Origin: an uncultured Halobacteriovorax sp.
GTDB lineage: Bacteria; Bdellovibrionota; Bacteriovoracia; Bacteriovoracales; Bacteriovoracaceae
DNA: 64,000 bases
Assembly: GCA_963972815.1 (NCBI GenBank)
Contig: CAXAXS010000007.1
Coordinates: 11,675-75,674 of the forward strand
Direction of reading: 5' to 3'
Program-made: the position numbers and the translations under genes
Part shown: positions 36,653 to 46,049 of the stretch, piece after piece
Layout: each line of letters opens with the position of its first letter
Position numbering within the stretch: position 1 is the first letter of the stretch
The notes under the pieces: model-generated
Seen by the model: only the letters and a program-made list of their open reading frames with translations
What the model was told of the DNA's origin: nothing
The model's database searches: none

Positions 36653-37645
36653 TTAGTAGGTACGGCGACCTAGATAATGGACAATTTCAATCAGTGGCTC
36701 TTTTGCCTTAGCAATTTGCTGCTCGGTAAGATCACTATGCCGTGGAATCTCTTCGGCCATAACTTCGATCAGTTCCAAACACTTATCGAGATGATCTTTA
36801 GCGCGCGCCTCAACAATAGAAACTGCTTTATCAAGATTGTTCTCTGTCCATAATGAAGAAGCGGATTCACCTTTTAAGAAGCGTGAATATAAGTCGGGAT
36901 TAAGTTGTAACCATTCGAATAAAACCGCATTAATAATGCCATTTTCGAGGTCAAGCAAATGATCCTTTTTAGAGTTTCCACTAAAATCAAGTGTGTCATC
37001 CATTTGCTGGAACGCTAAGCCTAGATGATGTCCGAAGTCACGAGCGTACTTAACGACTGCTTCAGGAAGATCTGCAACAATCGCCGGGGCGACTGCACAC
37101 CAACTCATCACAGAAGCTGTTTTCATTTGAGCAACCGTATCAATGAGCTCTCTTGAATATTGTCTTGAAGCTGCAGCATCAAGTTGAATCCACTCGCCTT
37201 CTGCTAAAGCTTTAATAACGAATGACATTTCTTTAACTAAGGCTAGGTTACCTTGCTTAGAAAGCTCAACGATCACGTCGGCCAATAAATAATCACCGGC
37301 CAAAACAGCGTGCTTATTAGTAGATTCTGCATTGATTGACGGCTTTCCACGTCTAGTTTTTGCACCATCGACCACATCATCATGAGAAAGACTGGCAGCG
37401 TGGACCATTTCAATGGCCTTAGCGTAGACATCGAGACGATCTGGCGAAACACCAAAAAAATTACCACACAGGTAAGTGAGCAGGGGTCTCAGTCTTTTTC
37501 CGCCGAGCAAAACGGTGCGCTGCAAAAGTTGATTTATTGAGTTATTACAGCTTTCTGAGCCCGTATCCATCTCTAAGTCGCGAACTCGACCTAGTAACTG
37601 GGGTGGAATTGTGGTTAAAAACTTGGGAATCATCTGCCTCGCCAT
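36653..37645 (-). CDS. polyprenyl diphosphate synthase (long-chain trans-prenyltransferase)
   Basis: 330 aa. First DDxxD in LSHDDVVDGAKTRRG and second in FQQMDDTLD. Divergent from the menaquinone genes. Confidence 0.85.
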   Translation of the reverse strand: MARQMIPKFLTTIPPQLLGRVRDLEMDTGSESCNNSINQLLQRTVLLGGKRLRPLLTYLCGNFFGVSPDRLDVYAKAIEMVHAASLSHDDVVDGAKTRRGKPSINAESTNKHAVLAGDYLLADVIVELSKQGNLALVKEMSFVIKALAEGEWIQLDAAASRQYSRELIDTVAQMKTASVMSWCAVAPAIVADLPEAVVKYARDFGHHLGLAFQQMDDTLDFSGNSKKDHLLDLENGIINAVLFEWLQLNPDLYSRFLKGESASSLWTENNLDKAVSIVEARAKDHLDKCLELIEVMAEEIPRHSDLTEQQIAKAKEPLIEIVHYLGRRTY

Positions 37646-37766
37646 GAAATCAATGAGTTATTACTAACACTCAAGTGACTTCAAGTCCATCGACATTAGC
37701 TAGAGTCTTCTCGACGTTTAAGCCGCAATTCGGTATGTTGCATATCATAAAGTACAGGAATTTATT

Positions 37767-38486
37767 ATGAGCGAAGCTAGCAAGACTCTAAAAGAACGTA
37801 AGAATCAATCATTCAAGATTTTTGATGATATCGCAGGAACATACGATCTGCTTAATCGCTGTCTTTCACTTGGCATTGATGTGCTTTGGCGCAAGCGAAT
37901 GATGAAAGAGCTTCCAAGTGGTGACAAACTCATCGCACTTGATCTTGCAACAGGAACGGGTGATGTGGCACTTGAATTAGCAGCTCAAGAGCGGGTGGCC
38001 AAGGTTCAAGGCTTAGATCTTTCTACCGGGATGGTAGAACTAGGTAAGAAGAAAATTATCAAGAAAGGTTTTGCACATAAGGCAGAGCTAGGCATTGGCG
38101 ATGGTGTCGCAGTACCTGTTGCCGATCAATCACAAGACGTTGTCACTCTATCGTTTGGAATCAGAAATTTTCCAGACCCTGAGTTATCTCTTAGAAATAT
38201 TCACCGCGTACTAAAACCAAATGGTCGGGCACTCGTCATGGAATTTGGTTTGCCTAAGAACTTTCTGGTTCGCGCAGTCTATCTTTTTTACTTCAGAAAA
38301 CTTCTGCCTTTTGTTGGCAATATTATATCCGGTCATGGCGATGCCTATACCTATCTTAATAAAACAGTTGAAGACTTTCCATATGACCAAGCTTTTGTTC
38401 AGTGGATGAAAGATGCTGGTTTTAGAAATGTTCGTGCAGTCTCTTTAAGTTTTGGTATCGCATTTTTGTATATTGGAGAGAAGTAA
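37767..38486 (+). CDS. ubiE: demethylmenaquinone methyltransferase (UbiE/MenG)
   Basis: 239 aa. FDDIAGTYDLLNRCLSLGIDVLWRK and SAM motif I LDLATGTGDVA. Confidence 0.85.
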   Translation: MSEASKTLKERKNQSFKIFDDIAGTYDLLNRCLSLGIDVLWRKRMMKELPSGDKLIALDLATGTGDVALELAAQERVAKVQGLDLSTGMVELGKKKIIKKGFAHKAELGIGDGVAVPVADQSQDVVTLSFGIRNFPDPELSLRNIHRVLKPNGRALVMEFGLPKNFLVRAVYLFYFRKLLPFVGNIISGHGDAYTYLNKTVEDFPYDQAFVQWMKDAGFRNVRAVSLSFGIAFLYIGEK

Positions 38487-38488
38487 TC

Positions 38489-39904
38489 ATGGTTTGCGCT
38501 GACAGGACCCCTCTTCACAGTGCAAAAGCGACCATTTTAGCGAGTCTAAAACAAGTCCTCGCCTGCCCAACACTAGCAAGTGAGCAAGAGTATTACACCC
38601 ACTCTATTAAGCTTGAGACAATCGACCTCATCGGACTTATGCCTTTTATCGACATGTCACAAAAGGTGCTATTTTGTGATCGTGAAGGCGGGCGACAATA
38701 CCTCGGGCTTAAGTTCATCAAAACATTTACTGATACGTTTTCTTTAGAACAAGCAAGAAAACTCATAAAACATCATCAAGAACTTATTATTTTAGGTGGC
38801 CAAAGGTTTCATCCAGGGCAAAAGCCGAGTCAGGAATGGGAAAGTCTTGGATCACATTACTATGTCTTGCCGCAATTTATTTTTTCAAGAAAAAATGATC
38901 AAACCAATTTATTGATCAATATACCAAAAGCAGCCTTTAATAATTCAACCCTTGCCGTGAAGCTTCTTATGGAGCTTGAAGGCATCCTCACATTCAAGGG
39001 GCACGCCCAAAAGAAATTTGACTTTAAACCTTACAAACAAGTTCCAAGTTTTGACCAATGGAAGGCTCAAGTCGAAAAAGCCCACAGAAGCTTTAGTAGG
39101 GATGAACTGGATAAGGTTGTCCTATCGCGAAAAGAAGTACTCAGTTCACAACAACCGATTAGACCTGATCAAGTGTTTGAGCACCTCGCTCTCAAAACAG
39201 GTGAGCATTTCATCTTCCATATTCAATGGCGTCATGATCAATCCTTTACGAGTATAACTCCCGAAAGATTATTCAAACTCAGCGGACAAGACCTTTATAG
39301 CGATGCAATTGCGGGAACACGTCCACGCGGAACAAACCAACAAGAGGACTCTCTACTTGCTCAAGAGTTACTCAGTAATAAAAAAGAATTAAGCGAGCAC
39401 CGCTTTGTTTCGAGCTCTATTAAAGACACAATGAAAGCGATCGGATGCCATGATATCGAAATTGATGATGGTGAATCAGTTCTTAAGCTCTCTCATGTTC
39501 AACACTTATATACTAAGCTTAAAGCCAAAATTTCCAAGACACCTAAAGTACTCGATCTGATCGAAGCTTTTCACCCAACTCCCGCTGTTGGAGGCAAGCC
39601 AAAAGCTGATGCCGTCGACTGGTTACTTTGTACCGAAGAGTATGATCGTGGTTATTACGCCGCTCCAGTTGGAGTCATGGATAGAGATGGTGCAGAATTC
39701 TGTGTCGCCATTCGCTCTGCCCTAGTTTATGGCCGAGAGCTACATGTCTACGCCGGAGCAGGTCTAGTCCCAGGTTCATGTCCTAACGCTGAATGGGATG
39801 AGACTGCCAATAAAATGAAAAATTTCACCTCTAAATTTATGCGCACTCCTACCAAAGTCCAAAAATCAAATGAGCTACACGATGAGCAGCACCCTTCTCA
39901 CTGA
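38489..39904 (+). CDS. menF: isochorismate synthase
   Basis: 471 aa. Chorismate-binding C-terminal domain with FHPTPAVGGKP and YYAAPVG. Lies within the men cluster. Confidence 0.8.
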   Translation: MVCADRTPLHSAKATILASLKQVLACPTLASEQEYYTHSIKLETIDLIGLMPFIDMSQKVLFCDREGGRQYLGLKFIKTFTDTFSLEQARKLIKHHQELIILGGQRFHPGQKPSQEWESLGSHYYVLPQFIFSRKNDQTNLLINIPKAAFNNSTLAVKLLMELEGILTFKGHAQKKFDFKPYKQVPSFDQWKAQVEKAHRSFSRDELDKVVLSRKEVLSSQQPIRPDQVFEHLALKTGEHFIFHIQWRHDQSFTSITPERLFKLSGQDLYSDAIAGTRPRGTNQQEDSLLAQELLSNKKELSEHRFVSSSIKDTMKAIGCHDIEIDDGESVLKLSHVQHLYTKLKAKISKTPKVLDLIEAFHPTPAVGGKPKADAVDWLLCTEEYDRGYYAAPVGVMDRDGAEFCVAIRSALVYGRELHVYAGAGLVPGSCPNAEWDETANKMKNFTSKFMRTPTKVQKSNELHDEQHPSH

Positions 39905-41618
39905 AAATATCTCCAGATTATGGACGAGTGTCATCGCCAATCAACTGCAAAAACTTGGCACCGACCACGTTTTTATTGCACCTGGTATGCGAAACGCACC
40001 TTTGATTGCTGGCTTTAAAGCACAAGAGGAAATCAATCTTCATGTTGGAATGGATGAGCGCGCCCTTTCCTATCAAGCTTACGGCTACGCTAAAACAAGT
40101 GGAAAAGCTGGCGTCTTAGTTTGTACCTCCGGCACAGCGGCCGCTAATTTTTATCCGGCCGTGATCGAAGCTAAAAAATCAAATACTCCATTAATTGTCA
40201 TTAGTGCCGACAGGCCCTTAGAGTTGTCGCAAACTGATGCCAATCAGAGCATTGACCAAAAACAATTGTATTCAAATCACATCAAGCATTTTTTAGATCT
40301 TGGTACTCCTTGTGAATCTGTTTCCACTAAGGCCGTGGCTAGGATGATGGCCCACGCCTATGAAGTTGCCCTTCGCGCCCCGGCCGGTCCAGTCCATATC
40401 AATATTTCTTTCAGAGAACCATTAGATGGAAAGCTTCAAAGCATAGATTCAAAGGTCATCGATAACGCTAAAAATGTTTTTGAAGCTCAAAGTCCCGCTC
40501 GCCAACTTCTAGGCCAGAACACTTTAGATATTTCAAGCATTATGCCGCTCTTGCAAAAGGCGAAGAATCCACTTGTCGTTGTCGGTGAATTAAATCTAAG
40601 CGACGTAAACGAGACAAGAGAGCAGTTACTGCAGGCCTTGAAATCGTGCCCTTTCCCACTCAATGTTGATGTGACGAGTTCACTGAAATTTGATTTTTCA
40701 CTCAATGATGGACTAGTTCCCACTTTTGATCACCCTGAAGTCTACGAGTACTTCCATAACAATCCGCCCGATCTTATTTTACATATTGGTGCTAGATTAA
40801 CGTCTAAGCATTTCTACCGATATCTAGATCAACATTCTGATCTTTTCCCAGTCGTGCATCTTTCTAAGTCGATTTCATTAAGTGACTGTGGTCACGCTGT
40901 CACTCATAATTTCAATGTTGATCCGATTAATGCCATTATTGCGCTTGGAAGTTTTTGGTCACAAACTCCATCAACTAAGAACCTTCCCTTTTCTCCATTT
41001 GTGCATAAAAAAATCGACACAATTGAAAACTCCAAGCCACTCGCCTTTCCCTATATTTCAAAACGTATTATTGAAATGATTCCAAGCGGGCACAACCTCG
41101 TTATCGGCAATAGCACTCTCATCAGATCTTTTGATTCCTATGCCTCTGTTGCTGAGGCTAAGTCTTTAAGTGTACTCACGCACCGTGGAGTCAGCGGCAT
41201 CGAAGGATTTTTTGCAAGTGCTACAGGTTGTGCTTTGGCCAATAAAAAGCCCGTCACTCTCGCCCTTGGGGATGTCTCGGCGCTGCATGATCTAAATTCA
41301 CTGGAACTTGTTGCAAGGTCAAGTACACCTATCATCTGCATTATTGTGAATAATTATGGCGGTGGAATCTTTACCCTACTTAACCTTGAAAAAGGTGAGG
41401 AGCTCTACCCCATCATTACTTCACCTCACGAAAGAAAGCTTGCTCCTATTGCCAAGGCTTTTGGTATCGAAGCTCATGAGGTCAACACTCGCAGCGAGTT
41501 TGAAATGACCTACAAGTCTGCCCTTGAAAGAAAACAATCAACATTTATCGAGGTTTTCGTCGACACCGCGGCAAATAACGAAATCTATCAACAACTACGC
41601 ACTATAAAATTATCATGA
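39870..41618 (+). CDS. menD: 2-succinyl-5-enolpyruvyl-6-hydroxy-3-cyclohexene-1-carboxylate synthase
   Basis: 582 aa. ThDP enzyme pattern (APGMRNAPL ... TSGTAAANFYPAVIEA ... SADRP ... GDVSALHDLNSL). Overlaps the menF end by 35 nt (an alternative ATG at 39882 gives 23 nt). Confidence 0.85.
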   Translation: MSYTMSSTLLTENISRLWTSVIANQLQKLGTDHVFIAPGMRNAPLIAGFKAQEEINLHVGMDERALSYQAYGYAKTSGKAGVLVCTSGTAAANFYPAVIEAKKSNTPLIVISADRPLELSQTDANQSIDQKQLYSNHIKHFLDLGTPCESVSTKAVARMMAHAYEVALRAPAGPVHINISFREPLDGKLQSIDSKVIDNAKNVFEAQSPARQLLGQNTLDISSIMPLLQKAKNPLVVVGELNLSDVNETREQLLQALKSCPFPLNVDVTSSLKFDFSLNDGLVPTFDHPEVYEYFHNNPPDLILHIGARLTSKHFYRYLDQHSDLFPVVHLSKSISLSDCGHAVTHNFNVDPINAIIALGSFWSQTPSTKNLPFSPFVHKKIDTIENSKPLAFPYISKRIIEMIPSGHNLVIGNSTLIRSFDSYASVAEAKSLSVLTHRGVSGIEGFFASATGCALANKKPVTLALGDVSALHDLNSLELVARSSTPIICIIVNNYGGGIFTLLNLEKGEELYPIITSPHERKLAPIAKAFGIEAHEVNTRSEFEMTYKSALERKQSTFIEVFVDTAANNEIYQQLRTIKLS

Positions 41619-42499
41619 CTAAAACTAATCCTTGGATTTTGGCCGCAAGGCCTAAGACTTTACCCGCCGCTATCAGCCCCGTTCTTCTTGGTATCGCTTA
41701 CGCCTACCATATAGGAACAACTATCAACGTTGAAACTGCTGGTATGACATTGTTTTGTACTTTGCTGCTACAAATCGCCAGCAATTTCATCAATGACTAC
41801 TATGATGGCGTACGCGGTGTGGACACCGAAGATCGTCTTGGCCCTACCCGTGTGACTTCTTCAGGTTTGCTGACTCCTGCTGCGGTTAAGACTGGCTTCA
41901 TGGCAACACTCGGGTTAGCTTTTTTGATTGGTCTTCACCTCATGAGTGTTGGTGGCCTTCCCATTGTATTAATTGGTTTTGCTTCAATCTTTTTTGCATG
42001 GGCCTATACAGGTGGGCCATTTCCCCTTTCACAACATGGGCTTGGTGAAGTCGCCGCTTTGATTTTCTTTGGACCTGTCGCTGTGTGGGGAACCGTTTGG
42101 TTACAAAACCAACAAGCCGACCATATGCTTGCGATCGTTTATGGACTAGGCCCTGGACTCATTAGTGCAGGAATTTTAGCTATTAATAATCTTCGCGATA
42201 TCGAGAGTGACTCATCTTCACTTAAGAGAACTGTAGCGGTTAAAATAGGTGAAACTGCGGCTAGAAAGTTTACATTCTTTTTGATCACAGCTTCACTTTT
42301 CATTCCTATTTATTTTGCCGTTACTCATCGCTCGCTTCAGTTTCTCCTTCCCATAATTCCTTACTTTTTGTTTTGGTCTAATTGGAAGAAAATTTTAGTC
42401 GATCCGATCGATCGCTCTTTAAACCTAGCGTTGGCAAAGACTGGAAAGTTCCTACTGCTTTATTGTATCTGTCTAAGTGTTGCCCTCGTATGGAAATAA
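41615..42499 (+). CDS. menA: 1,4-dihydroxy-2-naphthoate polyprenyltransferase
   Basis: 294 aa. UbiA-family motif NDYYDGVRGVD and about 8 TM helices. ATGA overlap with menD. Confidence 0.85.
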   Translation: MTKTNPWILAARPKTLPAAISPVLLGIAYAYHIGTTINVETAGMTLFCTLLLQIASNFINDYYDGVRGVDTEDRLGPTRVTSSGLLTPAAVKTGFMATLGLAFLIGLHLMSVGGLPIVLIGFASIFFAWAYTGGPFPLSQHGLGEVAALIFFGPVAVWGTVWLQNQQADHMLAIVYGLGPGLISAGILAINNLRDIESDSSSLKRTVAVKIGETAARKFTFFLITASLFIPIYFAVTHRSLQFLLPIIPYFLFWSNWKKILVDPIDRSLNLALAKTGKFLLLYCICLSVALVWK

Positions 42500-43347
42500 A
42501 TCTTACTGAAGTTATTCGTTCTTTCACTGCTCCAATGAAAGTCTGTGGCGTCGTGACGCGCGATAAGTATTTTCTTGAAGGTGTTATTGAAGGCGTTCCA
42601 TTAGAACTATCAGTTCTTCCCGGATTACATCGCGAGAGTTTTGAACAAGCCGCCCATCAACTGAGAGAATACTTCAAAACAAACCGTGATCACTCAGAGC
42701 TTTTTCCTAGTGTTCGCTTTGCTATTGAGTCATGGCAATTTAAAAAGTCACTCACCTCTCAAGAACCAAAATGGAATCAACCGGTCGAACTCAATGCTCT
42801 TTTATTATCTCCTTCGCTCAAAGATCTTGAGCGCGCTCGCATACTGGGTAGGTCTTGCTTTAAGTTAAAAATTGCCCGCGGGGAATCTGCGAATGATATT
42901 AATAAACTTCTACAGCACTTAGCGCCCAATGAGAAAGTTCGCTTTGATGGCAACAAAATGCTGAGCGAAAACGATCTAGAAAACTTATTAGAAGCGATCT
43001 CACCCCATTGGTCACATATTGATTATATTGAAGAGCCATTTGCTCACTTTAGAGATCACCTCAACTGGCGACACCCTGTCCCACTAGCTGTGGATGAATC
43101 ACTTCCCATGCTACTCAAGCACACAGGCCCAAGTGGACTGAATAAAGCCGTTTTAAAGCCCGCTCTTTTTGGCTTTGATGAAAGTGTTCGCATCATCGAT
43201 AGCCTAGCAAAGCGTGGTGTTACTGTGACACTCAGTAGTAGTTTTGAGGGGCCGATTGGTATGGCGGCAAATTTTGCCCTAGCTTCCTACCAAAATAGTA
43301 TCCAACCTAATCCCGCAGGTTTAGACACACTTAGCTTTTTTAATTGA
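42490..43347 (+). CDS. menC: o-succinylbenzoate synthase (enolase superfamily)
   Basis: The ATG at 42490 (MEINLTE...) overlaps the menA stop by 10 nt. The ORF-track start at 42382 lies inside menA. KxK (FKLKI) and metal ligands in RFDGN, YIEEP and AVDES. Confidence 0.7.
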   Translation: MEINLTEVIRSFTAPMKVCGVVTRDKYFLEGVIEGVPLELSVLPGLHRESFEQAAHQLREYFKTNRDHSELFPSVRFAIESWQFKKSLTSQEPKWNQPVELNALLLSPSLKDLERARILGRSCFKLKIARGESANDINKLLQHLAPNEKVRFDGNKMLSENDLENLLEAISPHWSHIDYIEEPFAHFRDHLNWRHPVPLAVDESLPMLLKHTGPSGLNKAVLKPALFGFDESVRIIDSLAKRGVTVTLSSSFEGPIGMAANFALASYQNSIQPNPAGLDTLSFFN

Positions 43348-43474
43348 GTTAAATTGGCGTTTAATTGGTGTCTGCCTGACCCCATCCTGACAAAATTTAC
43401 CCTCAGATAATGTGAGAAAAAACCGTATAGATAGTAATCCAAATAAGCGGTAAACTATCTATAAGGAGGCGACC

Positions 43475-43633
43475 ATGAAAAGGATTTTCGCTCTTATCGC
43501 CCTGTCTTTGACTCTTGCTTCATGTGCCAGCCAACAACAAGGCCGTGAAATAGCTCAAGAGCGCTGCGGTGATAACCATTTCGTTGATTATTATACTCAC
43601 ACTCAAAACGTTGAGAAATGTAACGGCTTCTAG
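43475..43633 (+). CDS. small lipoprotein (52 aa), below the ORF-track length cutoff
   Basis: ATG preceded by TAAGGAGG with a 5-nt spacer. MKRIFALIALSLTLASC gives a signal peptide plus lipobox L-A-S-C. The mature 36 aa carry two further Cys. TAG at 43631. Confidence 0.6.
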   Translation: MKRIFALIALSLTLASCASQQQGREIAQERCGDNHFVDYYTHTQNVEKCNGF

Positions 43634-43773
43634 GATTAACCTAGGGGCCCGTTGCCTAACTTAAATGTAAGATTGAGCTTAATAATTATTAAATTTTAAT
43701 TAAGACGAGACTTGACCTTCTCAATGAAGATCGTAGGTGGTATTTCTGCCTCGAACTTTCAGGGAGAAATACT

Positions 43774-44901
43774 GTGTCAAAAATCGTCTTAATTGCGCTC
43801 TGCATTCTCGCCCCAATTTCAAATACTTTTGCTTTTGATGCCACGGTTAAGGGTTTTATTGCTCTTGATATGCTCGTGCTCAAAAAAGAAACTGGCAGAA
43901 AACAGGAAGCAGAAACTGGGATCGGCACACTCGATCTTAAAGTCTACGCTACTCATGACGACTTCAGCATGAAGATCAAACTCGATCTCGATGATGGCAG
44001 TATTGGCGATGCCTACAATATATTCGAAGAGGCCACTGTAAGTTACCGTGTTCTTCCCGATCACCAAATTATTATGGGTAAAGGCAAAGTCGCTTTTCAC
44101 CAAATGCATTGGGGTGTGATCAGTCCATCATTCGTTGATGGCGGGGCTGAGCTCTCACCAGATCACAGTCTCTACGACCTGGATAATAGACTGCTACTTT
44201 CTTGGCGCTGGGGTGGATTCTCTCGCGGCTTTTTTAACTACCTAACATATTTTGGCGAAGCCAAATCAATTTCAACAAACAGTGACGGCACTCCTCGCGT
44301 TTCAACTTCAGGCACAGCTCCTAATCAAAGATATTCTTTAAGCTACAGAAATGAGAAAACTTTCTCTTCAAAAGAGCAGGCCGGTATCGCCAATAAATTT
44401 GAATGGTTTTTCAATCGTCAGCTTTCAGCTTCTGCTGGTGGTATGTATTATTATAACGAAATCAATCCAAAAAATAATTGGGCACTTGACCTGGCCGGTA
44501 AATACTCTGATCGCCAGCTCGAAGTTTGGGCCGAGTACGTTCACGCCTTCACTTCAACTCACTACGCCGCCCGCTACGCAACACTTAGAAAGCACGAAAA
44601 TCTTTTTCAAATCGGCGCTGAATACTACATGACTGACTTCTACAACGTTCTCACCAATGTTGAAGCGGCGGTAGTGAATAATCAACACCACGGTGATCCG
44701 ATTGGTGAGTTTAACGATGGTAAGAAAGTTAAGACAAAGACGTATAAAGCAGAAGCTGGTGTAAAGCTTAAGCTGCATAAGTCAGCTTTCATTACTCTTG
44801 GTGCACAGGTCGAAAAGCAAAACGTAGTGATTGCCGCTGATAATAGCGATCAAGATAATTATGCTTATATTCTTGCTTCTAAGTTTTCTTTTTTCTTCTA
44901 A
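43774..44901 (+). CDS. hypothetical outer-membrane porin-like protein
   Basis: 375 aa, GTG start after GGGAGA. Signal peptide SKIVLIALCILAPISNTFA, alternating beta-strand pattern, and an aromatic terminus SKFSFFF typical of OM barrels. Confidence 0.55.
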   Translation: MSKIVLIALCILAPISNTFAFDATVKGFIALDMLVLKKETGRKQEAETGIGTLDLKVYATHDDFSMKIKLDLDDGSIGDAYNIFEEATVSYRVLPDHQIIMGKGKVAFHQMHWGVISPSFVDGGAELSPDHSLYDLDNRLLLSWRWGGFSRGFFNYLTYFGEAKSISTNSDGTPRVSTSGTAPNQRYSLSYRNEKTFSSKEQAGIANKFEWFFNRQLSASAGGMYYYNEINPKNNWALDLAGKYSDRQLEVWAEYVHAFTSTHYAARYATLRKHENLFQIGAEYYMTDFYNVLTNVEAAVVNNQHHGDPIGEFNDGKKVKTKTYKAEAGVKLKLHKSAFITLGAQVEKQNVVIAADNSDQDNYAYILASKFSFFF

Positions 44902-46031
44902 CGAGTCAGCGGGGAGAGCTTAAGAATTTTCCCCGTATCTGTTCCGACTAAGATATGACCGCGTTGATCAACCAAGACTGATCTGATTCTCTCTTCAAGG
45001 GCGCTCAAGTAGCGCTCTTCTTTTATCGAAATATTGCCAACCATCACGACGCGATTGAGATGCTCAAGCGCTAATGCGCCAGAGAAAAAGCTCCCCTTCC
45101 AGCTTGGAAAAGCCGCGCCTTGATAGCGAGTTAAATCACTAGGCGCAATAGATGGTAGCCATACATGTCTTGGATTTTCAACGCCGGGAAGTTTTACGTG
45201 CTCAGTAATCTTAGGACCATAGTATTCGCGCCCGTAAGTGGCTTTAGGCCAACCGTAATTTGCGGCCTTGACCACTAGGTTGATCTCATCCCCGCCGCGC
45301 GGGCCGTGCTCATTAACCCATAACTCTTTTGACTCTTGATCATAATAGAGGCCTTGGGGATTTCTATGACCGTAGCTCCAAATCTCAGCAAGTGCATTCT
45401 TTGTGTTTAAGAATGGGTTATCTTTCGGAATCGAGCCATCTAAGTTTAAACGTACTATTTTGCCCATATGCTTTGATAGGTCCTGCGAGAGTTCGCGCTC
45501 CGTTCGCTCACCAAGAGAGACAAAGATATGCCCTTGGTGATCAAAAGCGATACGTGAGCCATAGTGAGCAGCTGTACTTTGCGGCGGCCTTGCTTCAAAG
45601 AGTGATTTACTTTCAACTAACTTATTCCCCACAAGTTTAGCTCGCTCGAGTCGCGTGGCCGAGAGCTCACCCAGCGGCGCCGAGTAAGTATAATAAATAT
45701 ATTGATTGCTTTTAAAGTCTGGATCAACCGCAATATCGAGAAGGCCACCTTGGCCCTCACTTAAAACTTTTTGAACACCTGAGATGACTTCTAAATTTTT
45801 TGTCTTCAGATCAAAAGTTTTAATTTGTCCGTCACGTAAAGTTAAAATGAGTTTATCACTCTCAACAAAGTCCATGGCCCAGATGACTCCACCAATTTTG
45901 TCAGACAGCGTCTCGACAAGCATTGGTACTTCTTTGTCTTTGAGATCAGAGATAGGGACTTTAGGTGGCTCAGTTGAAGAGCAAGAGCTAAGGGTCAGAA
46001 GGAATAGTAGGACACATAAAAGATTTTTCAT
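44898..46031 (-). CDS. PQQ-dependent sugar dehydrogenase (soluble aldose/sorbosone dehydrogenase, YliI-like)
   Basis: 377 aa. Lipobox LTLSSC. Beta-propeller motifs GGLLDIAVDPDF, HYGSRIAFD, GHRNPQGL, EHGPRGGDEIN. Confidence 0.75.
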   Translation of the reverse strand: MKNLLCVLLFLLTLSSCSSTEPPKVPISDLKDKEVPMLVETLSDKIGGVIWAMDFVESDKLILTLRDGQIKTFDLKTKNLEVISGVQKVLSEGQGGLLDIAVDPDFKSNQYIYYTYSAPLGELSATRLERAKLVGNKLVESKSLFEARPPQSTAAHYGSRIAFDHQGHIFVSLGERTERELSQDLSKHMGKIVRLNLDGSIPKDNPFLNTKNALAEIWSYGHRNPQGLYYDQESKELWVNEHGPRGGDEINLVVKAANYGWPKATYGREYYGPKITEHVKLPGVENPRHVWLPSIAPSDLTRYQGAAFPSWKGSFFSGALALEHLNRVVMVGNISIKEERYLSALEERIRSVLVDQRGHILVGTDTGKILKLSPLTR

Positions 46032-46049
46032 GTGTCCTAGTCTAACAAA

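Noticed and set aside
42382-42489. 36-codon N-terminal extension of menC in the ORF track
   Set aside because: It lies entirely within menA in another frame. The ATG at 42490 gives the normal OSBS N-terminus and a typical short overlap.
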